From Adineta vaga (taxonomy: Eukaryota > Animalia > Rotifera), in assembly GCA_021613535.1 (NCBI GenBank), contig CP075497.1:1860001-1924000 (forward strand): a stretch of 64,000 nucleotides of DNA, written 5' to 3'. A program made the position numbers and the translations under genes. Positions within the stretch are counted from its first letter, which is position 1, and each line of letters opens with the position of its first letter. A model generated the notes under the pieces. That model worked only from the letters and a program-made list of their open reading frames with translations. It was not told where the DNA came from and searched no databases. Of the stretch, positions 1-11,050 are shown piece after piece.

Positions 1-36
1 ACAGAAAAAAAGTAAATAATTTATTATAAAAATCAT

Positions 37-3000
37 CTATAAACGTTTATCAATAATTTTTAATAATTTATTCGATGTTTTATTGCGAACTAATTGACTA
101 AATTGAATTGATTCGAACTGAACAATTAATTCATCTGAAAGGCTTGTTAATTGATTGTCAAAAAATTTGTCTAAATAATTTCTTAAAATTTTTTCTAAAT
201 TTTCATTTGTAATTGAATCTGGTTTTACATAACGAAATAAAAGAAGTATTTGATTCGTTTTTGTAGATGAAATATAATCAATAATCAATTGCCATTCAAT
301 TAAATCGATTTGTTTCATTGTTTCTTCGATATCCGATTTTGATAGAACATCATTACCAATCATGATTAATCTTTGACTATGAAAAACTTCGATTAAACCA
401 TATTTTGAATGTGAATCTGTTGGAAGAATTCGTCCGAGATCTCCTGAATCAAAACGAAATAATTGATTTCGTTTTCGGATAAGATTTGTAACAATTATTT
501 TTGAATCAATTATTTCAATTTCAACTAATTCTTTTGGATAAAGATAAATTTTTGTTGAAGAATATTTCGATGATTGACATGCATAAACTCCTGTTTCAGC
601 TGAACCATAAAAACCAAGATAAATTGAACAATGAAATATTCGTTGAAAGTATTCCTGTTTAATTTCATCAATTGCTTCACAAGCAAAATAAATTTTTTCA
701 AAATAAATTTCCTTTTTTCCTTGTTTTTCCAAATAAAATGCTAATTGCATTAAACGATACGGTGAACCCATTAAGATAGTTGGTTTAAAATATTCAATGA
801 TCTCCAATACATCTTCGTCGGTTGTATTCGCACTCATAGGAATCGTTGTACAATTTGCCATCGAACAAAAATCATTGAAAATTTCAAACGATCGATAAAT
901 ATTATCCGATTGAAATAAATTTAAACAAACATCTCGATCGGAAATAATATCTTCATCTAACATCATATTAACTAATATTTGTCTTTGACGAAGATTTTCT
1001 TGAATATCTGTCGAGAAAAATAATCGTTTTCCTCCACTTCCACCAGATGATGAAATATAAACGGATTGATTCCATTGATTATCATAGAGTTTCGTTTGAG
1101 TTAATTGTTCATGTAAGTTTTCTTTTATTAAAATACTTCCATCGTTCATAGTATGAATCAATTGTTGATGAACATATGGACGAATGTAATAACCTCCACG
1201 AGATATATTTACAATTTTATTTGGAGCCATTCGAATAACTCCCATATTAAAACAATGTTCATTAAAACATAATAACATTCCACATAAATTCATAGATTTA
1301 TATGGAACATAATCAAAATATTCTTGAACGATCCATTCGTTATGAGTTGAGTCTAATAATTGTTTAGACCATTCATCAATTGTCACATCAATACCTAGAA
1401 AAGTCTTTTCATATAATCACGAAAACATTTTTAGAAAGTAAGTCTTTCAGGTTCCTCGACATACACATTTTTGTTCAAAGAAAGATCAGGTCGAGAAACC
1501 CTTTGAGACTACAGGAAAATATGCGGAATACAATCATTCTTAAGATAAGTTTTTGATAAACTATCATGAACAAGTAACACTCATTCTTCACATTCGCTAA
1601 TCCTTTTCTGAAAGAATGATATCTCATTTTGAATATGAAATAATTCTATTTAAAAAAAAAGAAGTACTTTATATCGATAGAGATCAATTATTCTAAGGTC
1701 ACTTGTTTCTCACAAGGGGCGGATCCCACTGTTCGGCGCCCCGTACCCTTACTGCTCACCTTGAATAGAAGAAGTTTTTTGGCAATAAAAGTTTACTGTA
1801 ATCTAATTGGATTAGACAGACAAACAAACTTTAAGGATTTTTTCTCGAGCTTATATTCGAACTTAATTGTTCTTACCTATGGTAATATTTTCTCCTTTTC
1901 CTGAAGAATTTGGTTTTATACACCAATGTTGTTTGTTGTTAATAATTGAATCTTTGAGATAATTTGGTAATTGTTGAATAACAAACGTTTTTGGTATTAA
2001 TTGTAAGATTTTATCTTGTTGAGTATTTAATAAAGCATAAAGAAATTGTTGATTTGATAAAAGTGAAAATAAACGTTTATCATGTAAAAGAAAAATAGTT
2101 CGTAAATCATTGATATAATTGATTTGATTATTTCGTATAAGAAATTGAAGAATTTCATGAGATAAATCTAGAATTTCATTTTGATGTAATTCAAGAATAA
2201 ATTGTTCAATAGATAAATTCGTTTTTTCATCAATTAATTGATTATTTTCAATTTTTAAATCTTTTGGATTAATAATAAAACATGTTTGAGAAGATTTCTT
2301 ATTCCAATATTGTTCAAATAAATGAATATCATAACCATGTTCTTGAGATTTTAAAATAAACATTCGTTTTGTTAAATCAAATTTTGTTGATTTTATCATT
2401 GTTTCGATCATTCTTGAAGATTTTTGTGAATATCGATTTCGACGATCTGTTGAACATAAAGCGGAGGATAGAAAATATCCATTAAATGGAAATCTTGCAT
2501 TAATTTCACATATCTTTGGTTGAAATGAATATTTTCCATTTATTTTAAATAAATCACCGCGACTAAACATAAGATCAGGTCGATACGAACCAAAATCATA
2601 ATTCGGTCGATAAATATTCAATTCTCTTAAAATCTCATCAATTTTTCTATCAAATTGAAATGTTCGTCGAATTTCTTCACCTAAATTCGTTGATTGATCA
2701 TATTGTTGAACAATTAAAGTTAAAATTTTCCTCAAATTTTCATGTTGATTTTGTAAATAATCATAAAATTCATTAGAAAAAGTTAAATATTCAGGAAATA
2801 ACTTTTCTTTTTCATAAATTGAATGAACATCATATGATAATACTCGATTAAATCGTATTCGAAGTAAATGTCGTCGATGATCAAGAATTTTTGTTCTTCC
2901 ATGAAGATATTTTTGATTATCTAAAATAATCATTGTAAATTTCTTTAATTCCGGTTGAAATCTTTTCACTTGTTGAATAATTAAATTCAATTCTTCATGA

Positions 3001-3563
3001 TTTTCTTTCGAAATTATATCCGATCGATAACGAATTTTATTTGAATCTAATAATATCGGTGCATTGATATGATCAATGTTCGGTGATTTACGAAATTCCA
3101 ATGGAATATCAATTCGAAAATTTTCTTTCGATAATTTCTCTTGAGTTTTTAATGATAAAGATTTTAAAATATCGGATAATTGAATAATTTCTAATTGTCC
3201 ACCACCTAATTGATCTTGTTCTAAAACAAATAATGCCATATATTCAGGTGGATTGATTTCATAGGAACAATCAGTATGAAATGAAAATTCATCATCAGTT
3301 TGAGATCGAGCTAAATGTTTTTTCTCTTCCGATGAATTGCTTTCCATTGGTCGAACATGCCATACAAATGAATTTGGTTCGTCATTATGAGTTAAACATT
3401 CTCCACCAAGTTTTTCAATAATTTCAATGAAGAATTTCTCAATATTAACAGGTAAATGTTCATCAGAGAATTGAATACGAACATAACCATCTTCTATCAG
3501 AGTTTTTTCAATTTCGAATAATCTATTTGGATTATAATCATAACTTTTGAATTGAATATTCAT
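37..3563 (-). CDS. Tri-domain enzyme: TauD/TfdA-like Fe(II)/2OG dioxygenase + ATP-grasp-like ligase + phenylacetate-CoA-ligase-like adenylating domain; exons 3563-1877 and 1394-37, ~1014 aa
   Basis: ORFs 1863..3563 and 37..1386 join in frame across a 482-bp GT-AG intron (1876-1395), reading ...GKGENITIG|IDVTIDEW.... Motifs: FHTDCSY, DNQKYLHGR (HxD...H); RPDLM, CEINARFP, IKPNSSGKG, WIVQEY; SSSGGSGGK, YGSAETG, RFDSGDLG. A pyrimidine tract + AG just before the ATG suggests an additional upstream (UTR or trans-spliced) exon. Confidence 0.85.
1713..1750. mobile_element. Possible solitary DNA-transposon terminus inside the intron of the tri-domain gene
   Basis: GC-rich CAAGGGGCGGATCCC...GGCGCCCC island in AT-rich intron, resembling CAGGGGCGGATCC-type hAT ends; no partner TIR seen. 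Confidence 0.3.
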
Positions 3564-4435
3564 ATTATCTAAAAGAGAAAAAGATTATGAACCATCTGTT
3601 TAAATCAATTGAGAAATAAATAAAATAAAACTATTTCCGAATGACATCTATTTATATCGATATTCTTTATTCAATTATAACCATATGGTAAGTTTCTCGA
3701 TATATCCTCGGATTTTATAATAAAAATCGTCAACTAAACAATATTTGTATAATGACGTAGAGGTACTAATCGTCATATGCCATAGGGTTTCTTCCAATTG
3801 ATTCATGGTAAAGTAGACGTAAATTTCTACTGCCTGATACATATGTCAAATCAATGAAAGGGAGAAAGAAAAAGAACAACACATATGCATATGAGTCATA
3901 GTTTGTCATCAAAAATATTGACGTCACATTACCTCAGTTATGCAAGTAATTTTAGAATCAAGCTCAAAAAATCAGATTTATAAGTAGAAAATTGAATCCA
4001 TAGAGAAGCTTATTTTTTTATCTCAACATAATTTTCATCAAGATTCATTGTTTTTTTTGCATATCAAAATATATTGTATGTAGAGTGAACTCGAGTTTCG
4101 GTGACTATACGAAGTTAATCGAGGCATCATAGATATCGTGTAACATGCATGAAGAAAAGCAAGAACGAGAGTTAAATATAATCATGACGTTGACATGATT
4201 AGACTGCAAGACGTAGAAAAAATGTTTTGATGTATCGATGAAATTTTTTATTACATTTCTTTTAGTTGCCATCAATAGCAACCAAGATCTTCTATGATAA
4301 AAGGTTTCCTACATGATCTCGCTTCATTTTTCTATTCTTTATTTGACATGAATTAAAACTAACAATTGGCCTTATTCATTAATACATTTAATCGTGAGAT
4401 CATAGCAATTCGTTAGGAATATGTCATAGAGATAG

Positions 4436-5662
4436 CAGTGGCGGCGCGAAGAGGTAAAAGCAGAGGGAGGGTATTTTCCAAAATGGGAGAAAATTTGCAA
4501 AATCGTTGGAAATGTAAGAAATTAAACTATTAATATGTAATGGTAAAAAAATTGAAATATACCACTTTGTCTGTTCATCATATATTTAATTAAAACTAAT
4601 TTTTATAAAACAAAAAGCAAACAAAAAAGTTAAATTCGACGACCAGTTTTATTTGTTGACCACTTTTGAAGCAAGTCTTTATTATCAATTTGATCTAAGA
4701 TTGGCATTTCTAATGTACACATGAGCAATAAATGTAAACGATCATCCTTCATTTTCGTTCGTAATCTATTTTTTACTAATTTCATTTTACTGAAAGATCT
4801 CTCTACACTTGCTACACTAACAGGTAATGTCAAAAGATATACATAAGCTTTAGCCAGTAATGGAATAACTAATTTATGTTCATGAATAAATTTACTTGCA
4901 AGATTAACTGTTTCAAATTCACATATTTTCGTTTTGAATAATTGAACTTCATGAAATAATCAATCATAATCATCGATTTGTGTAATTTTACATATATTGC
5001 GAGCATTAGTTTTGGTAAAATTGATTATATGTTTAGGAGATAGTTTAGATAATGATTGAACATTTAAATCAATAGAGGTTAAAATTTGTTTATATCCCAC
5101 AATTAATTGATCCATTACTTGTCGAAATATACTTCTATAATGTTGTGATCTAGATTAGTAAAAAATATGAATAGATAGGTCTTCAGATTTTGGATTTATA
5201 GGAATTGTACTATTAAATAGCAAACAAAATCCTCTTTTGAATAAAAAAATTACCTTGAAAATTGATGAGCTGTTTGTAGATTATCATCAAGCTTTTTTTG
5301 TCAGATGAAGATCAAATCTTTAAACTTTCATCATAAATCGGACGAAATTGAAAGAGCTCAAATAAGTTTTTTTTTATTACCGAGAAAGTTCGGACACATA
5401 TTCTCTAAAATTAGAGAAAATCTCGCTCATATTTTCTCAAACATCAGAGAAATTTTAGAAAATTTCACGTTTAGTTTCTCTTAAATCATAGAAGTTTTAC
5501 ATAGTTTTCTGGAAAAATGGGAGAAAATTACAAATAAATTTTTAAGAAATGGGAGAAAAATTCAAATAATTTTATGGCAAAATGGGAGAAAGTTCTGTTA
5601 AAATGTTCTAAAAGCTGGAGGGAGGTACCTCCCCCCACCTCCCCCCGGTCGCGCCGCCACTG
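4436..5662 (-). mobile_element. Non-autonomous (internally deleted) hAT DNA transposon, 1227 bp
   Basis: Perfect 14-bp TIRs CAGTGGCGGCGCGA (4436-4449 / 5649-5662); identical 8-bp TSD AGAGATAG (4428-4435 and 5663-5670); subterminal AAATGGGAGA repeats near both ends; hAT dimerisation-domain remnant inside. Confidence 0.95.
4630..5150 (-). pseudogene. hAT transposase C-terminal remnant (dimerisation domain)
   Basis: LLTLPVSVASVERSFSKMKLVKNRLRTKM is the hAT C-terminal motif; upstream frame has an in-frame TGA (QIDDYD*LFHE, ~4960); catalytic core missing. Confidence 0.85.
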
Positions 5663-5788
5663 AGAGATAGACGCAGTATTATATGGACTTTTTCCTATGA
5701 GAAAAATCATCTAATTAGTTTATAGATTTATGTAAATTAAAAATGAAATTTTTATTCGATTAAGTGAACAGAATAAGAAGACTTATGT

Positions 5789-6799
5789 TTACATAGTAAG
5801 GAAAAGATAGAAAATATACAAAATAAAATATCTACATATATTCAAAAACGAATTATGAGTAGAAAAATGAAGAATATTGTTAGTAATCGATGATGATGAT
5901 GATGATGTCGAAGGAATATAAGTACATTGCGTACAATTGACTTCAGCTAAAAATCTTATAAGTGATTCAGTAAAGAACTGTGGATCTTGTAGAAATGCAA
6001 AATGACTTGTTCTTGGTAAAATCAATTCACCTGCTTGTGTTATCCATGTTGTCATTTTGTCAGGTTGTTCTCGTAAGATGGCTTCTTCATGATCACCATC
6101 AACAATCCAAATAGGTAAATTTTTATCGATTTTTTCGAAATCTTGTTGAGCCCAATTTGGAAGTGTAGCCCACATTGTCGTTAAATAACTGTATAAATTC
6201 GAATAATTCTTCGCTGGATTTATTGTTTCATATTCAGTTTCAGATCGTTGAAGAAATGTTGTAAAAACAGTCGAATTTGAAATATCCATTACTCCCGAAG
6301 GAATATAATTAGCAGCAAATGCATATAATGAACTTAATCTATTCGGATATTTCATTGCTACATTGAGACCAATAATTGCACCATCACTCCATCCAATTAG
6401 ATGTACTTTTTGAATACCAAGATGATCTAATAATCCAATAACATCCGATGCCATCAGATCATATGTAATACCGTTCGATGTTACTGTACTTCTACCTTGT
6501 CCTCGAGAATCCATAAGTATACATCGAAAAGATGACTGAAGTTTTTCAACTTGTAAACCCCAGTAAGCACTTTGAGCAAAACCACCATGAACGAAAAGAA
6601 GAGGAGCACCGTCCGAAGGACCATATGTAGTATACCAAATGGAAACATTATTAATTTGCACAGATGAACCCAATTGAGGTGAGGGTAATTGTGGCGTTGA
6701 TGGTAATCGTAACCATGGATAAATTGAATTCAATACGGTAGAATTTTCAGTTGTAATATAAGAAAAAAAGCATACAAAGAAGAGATGTATGATATGCAT
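5789..6799 (-). CDS. Secreted alpha/beta-hydrolase (bacterial/fungal-like), intronless, possible GPI or TM tail
   Basis: Hydrophobic N-terminus; VHGG, MDSRGQGRS, GWSDG nucleophile elbow, DGDHEE, SHFAF; Ser-rich linker then hydrophobic C-terminus. Confidence 0.85.
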   Translation of the reverse strand: MHIIHLFFVCFFSYITTENSTVLNSIYPWLRLPSTPQLPSPQLGSSVQINNVSIWYTTYGPSDGAPLLFVHGGFAQSAYWGLQVEKLQSSFRCILMDSRGQGRSTVTSNGITYDLMASDVIGLLDHLGIQKVHLIGWSDGAIIGLNVAMKYPNRLSSLYAFAANYIPSGVMDISNSTVFTTFLQRSETEYETINPAKNYSNLYSYLTTMWATLPNWAQQDFEKIDKNLPIWIVDGDHEEAILREQPDKMTTWITQAGELILPRTSHFAFLQDPQFFTESLIRFLAEVNCTQCTYIPSTSSSSSSITNNILHFSTHNSFLNICRYFILYIFYLFLTM

Positions 6800-7512
6800 C
6801 GAATCGTCTTATGATTATTTTCTCTTCTCCCTTAAATACACCGTATATAATCATATGATGCTGCTATTCGATCAAGCGAAAACAACAGGTGAATATGTCT
6901 ATCGCCTAACATATGTGAAATAGGCATGTGACAAAATATAATTGCCGCATTGATCGCTATTCACAAAAAAAAACAAGTATATTTCAGTCATTGATACCTA
7001 GATGCGATATAAAAGTGTAGTTTTTTCTTTGTGTTAATTACATATTCAATCAAATGATCTACCTATAAATGTTATTCGTTTGAACGAAATCTTAGAAATA
7101 AAAAACATATAGACAGTCACTCTTGAATGTTTCTAATTAATCAAATAAGATACGACCTGGTCGAAAGCGACAATCATAAGGAAACTTTTTATTTTGATTA
7201 TAAAAAGTGTCACACGTTGTAAATAAAACACTTGACTAATGTTTATTTCTAGTTATATAAAAATCAAATTTATCGATACAGTATTCACATTGAGATACTT
7301 ACAAGTAAATCTGATAAAGGTGTTCTTCTATTCTTAGCATTATGTCTTCAAGAAGATCAGTTGATTTTTCTAAAGATCAAAAATTCCTTAAAAAAAATGT
7401 ACCCAAATTTGACATTTGTATGAAAGCATATTTCTCTTATCAATTCTTTTATGAGAAGAAAAGGTTATGAACGATAGACTTGAAACAAAGATATAGATTG
7501 ATTAATTTAATC

Positions 7513-10464
7513 ATGTTTGATCGTTTGAAAAGTCGTTTTTCATCGCGTAAAAAATCATTAGAACAAGTTGAAGTAAATTCATTTGAAAATTGTTTTGTCT
7601 AATGGTATGAGAAGAGAATATTTTAGAGTACTATTTCGGAAAACAAAGAAGAAGATCGAGAAGAATGGGATCGACCCATGGAATTTTTTCTTTCATTAAT
7701 CGGTTGTTCGATTGGTAAGTTTGAAAAGAAAACGTGTAATTGCTCAGTCTTCTTCGTATTCAAAGGTCTTGGTAATGTTTGGAGATATCCATATATTGGT
7801 ACGTATAATCATTCATGAAATCAACATGTCTTTCCATATTCTAAACATCTTTTTTAGCATTTAAAAATGGTGGAGGTAAACTTTCTTTCTTTAAATATTC
7901 TAACTGATCAGTTTTTATAAAACAAGGTGCTTTCATTATTCCATATTTTTGTGTTTATTTTCTTGTTGGTACACCACTTTTCTTTCTTGAAATGTCGCTT
8001 GGTCAATTTACAAGTAGTGGATCAGCAGCTGCTTTCAAAATGTCACGAATGTTTAAAGGTATTCAATAAATTTTTTCGAAGAATTGAATTGAATTTCTCA
8101 TTCGAATCAAAGGACTTGGCTGGGCAACAGCGATCAATTCATTTTTAGTATCGATTTATTATAATGTAATTATCGCTTGGTGTCTTTTCTATTTTTTTGC
8201 TTCATTTCGACGTAAACTTCAATGGAGTGATTGTGGAAATTGGTGGAATACTCCACGCTGTGTTAATCCAGGTGAAAAGATTTTCTCAAGAATAGAACGA
8301 AAAAAAAAAGTTCGAATGAATTTCATTTTTGATTTGTTTAGAAACTGAAAATCTTTCTAATTCAACATATTTTTGTAATATCAATCGTCAAATGAATTGT
8401 ACAATTCCTATTCTTCCACCTGAAGAATATTTTGAGTAAAATTTAATGAAATAAATCTTCATTCTTTTTCATTTTCTCTTTTAGTAATTATGTTTTACGA
8501 CGAAGTGATTCAATTGATCATTTAGGTACACCAAGTTGGTCATTAACTTTATGTTTACTATTAGCGTGGATTCTTGTTGGTCTTTGTATTATTCAAGGTA
8601 TTAAATCATCTGGCAAAGTAAAATTTTTCATTCATATTCATCTTCCGAATGATTCAATTGATGCTTTAGGTCGTTTATTTTACGGCATTATTTCCATATG
8701 TGGTTATTTTTGCATTGATTATCCGCGGTGTTACATTACCAGGTTGATCTTTTGTGTTTATTCATAGAAGAAAATCAATTTGAAACATATTTTCTAGGTG
8801 CTCGAGCAGGTCTCACATTCTATTTGAAACCTAATTGGCAGAAAATTCGTGAATTTGATGTAAGAAATGAATGGTGATCAACATCAATGTAATGAAATGT
8901 TGTGTTTTTTCTTTGAATAGGTTTGGATTGCTGCTGCATCTCAGGTTTGATTTAAATAATTGATTTAAAAAGAAAATTCATTATTTTTTCATCTAGGTAA
9001 CATTTTCTCTTTCAGTTGCTTTTGGTCCTCTTCTTGGTTATGCAAGTTTCAATAAATTTCATGCGAATTATCTTAGGTAAACCAATATTTTATTCGCTAT
9101 CTTCACAAATTGATGAATCTATTTTTAGAGATTGTATTTTTGTAACTGCATGTGATTGCTTTACTTCAGTAAGAATTTATGATTGACACAGTTTTGTATC
9201 TGAATAATTCAAATAAGGTCTTTGCTGGTTTTGCCATTTTTTCTGTTCTTGGTTATATGTCATTTAAAACTGGTTTACCAATTGAACAAGTAGCAAAAGC
9301 CGGACCTGGTTTAGCATTTATTGCTTATCCACAAGCATTAGCAAGTATGCCGGGTGGACCATTTTGGGCGGTTATTTTCTTTTTTATGCTTTTAACACTT
9401 GGATTGGATTCTCAAGTAAAATTTGTTAAGAAAAATTTCATTGTTTGATAAAGATTCGTTTCAGTTTGCTTTTGCTGATGTAATCATATCGGGTTTATTG
9501 GATACATTTAAACGTTTACGTCGTCATAAAATGTTTGTTACAATTGGTTATTGTATTGTTTGTTTTCTATTAGCATTGCCAATTTGTGCACCGGTAACAT
9601 AAAGAAATCGTTTGAGTATATTTCGAATCTCTTTTCGTTTTCTTAAGGGTGGAATTTATTTGTTTGTATGTATTTATTAGAAATAACGTTTTGATGTGAT
9701 TCTAATCGTTTATAGATTTTAATGAATGAATATGCAGCGAATTTATCCGTGTATTTATGTGGATTTTTTGAATTTATTCTTATTGCTTATATTTATGGTA
9801 AAGAAGATTTGATTCTAGAGATATGTTTTTATAATTGAGTTTGATAGAAGTAAAATCTATTCTCGTGCTTTCATCTACTTTCTTCTTTTTATAGGATTTA
9901 ATAATTTTATGGAAGATATTCGAATGATGTTAGGAAAAAGACCGTTAGAACCATTTTGGTTTATAACATGGTGTGTTACTGGTCCAATTATAACTATAGT
10001 AAATCTTTCAAAAGAATAATTTGATAAAAACTTTTGAAATTAGGTTGTATTCTTTTCATCAATTATTCGCTTTCGAACGCCAACAGCTGGTGACTATGAA
10101 TATCCTGCATATGCAAATGTACTTGGTTGGCTAATGGTTTGCTCATCATTGATATTTATTCCTCTAATCATGATTTATGAATGCATCAAAGCATGGAAAG
10201 TTACAAATCGAGTAAATCTTTTCTTTTAAGTTTTTTTTTTTGAAAATTGCTTCTTATTTCTTAAAGATTAATGAACACATGCCACATTATCTACGAATGT
10301 TAACTTATGTTAGTCAACCAGATGACGAATGGGGACCAATAAAGAATGAAAATCGCTCGGGACGTTATAAACCTAAAGTTGAATCAACTGATCAAACAAA
10401 TATCGCCAATGGCGATGAAAATTTCGCTTTTGATTTCGGTACAATTTATCTAACACGATTATAA
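7513..10464 (+). CDS. SLC6 Na+/Cl- dependent neurotransmitter/amino-acid transporter, ~20 exons
   Basis: Spliced translation gives [91 protein letters not shown]; about 19 short GT-AG introns. Confidence 0.93.
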
Positions 10465-11050
10465 AAAAAACGAAATCATTTCTTAAATTAGAAAATTATC
10501 AATATAAATCAAAGATTCTAATCCTAGTTTGTAGATTCTTTTCTTCCAAAATAAAAATTTTCAAGTAAAAGATATTCGCTTATTTGATTGATTCATTAAA
10601 CATAAAAATAAATATCCGTTGAAAGGCAAATTGCTCCTAAAATCACAAGGATACATTTATGCTCCTAAAACGAATTAATATTCATCCATGCGAACAATAA
10701 ACTGATTTTATGAATCAGAATGAATTATGATTTGATCAGTTTATCACTAAGTAATGATTATATACATAGGCATGATCATAGTTGTTATTCATTCAATCCC
10801 AAAAAATGATTTATTTACGATGAATTACATTCTTGTATGTAGAAATCACGTTAGAATTCTTACAAATTTTGTTTGTGAAACTTTCGTTCTCTTCGTAAAA
10901 TTGTTATTCTTCGAAACATGACTTTCATGTTAAGCTGAGAGGTTTTGTTTTTGCGTCGAAAAAGGAACACGAAAAATAAAATTAGAGATTGGAGTACTAT
11001 AAAGAATGGTATGAAAAAAAGGCACGTGTTGTATTTTCGAAAAATTTCTA

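Noticed and set aside
37-1386. Stand-alone 449-aa CoA ligase as given in the ORF track
   Set aside because: It starts at a GTG just inside a splice acceptor and its N-terminus completes the ATP-grasp of the upstream ORF; it is exon 2.
5528-5710. 60-aa ORF across the hAT right end
   Set aside because: It spans the TIR/TSD junction; a chance ORF.
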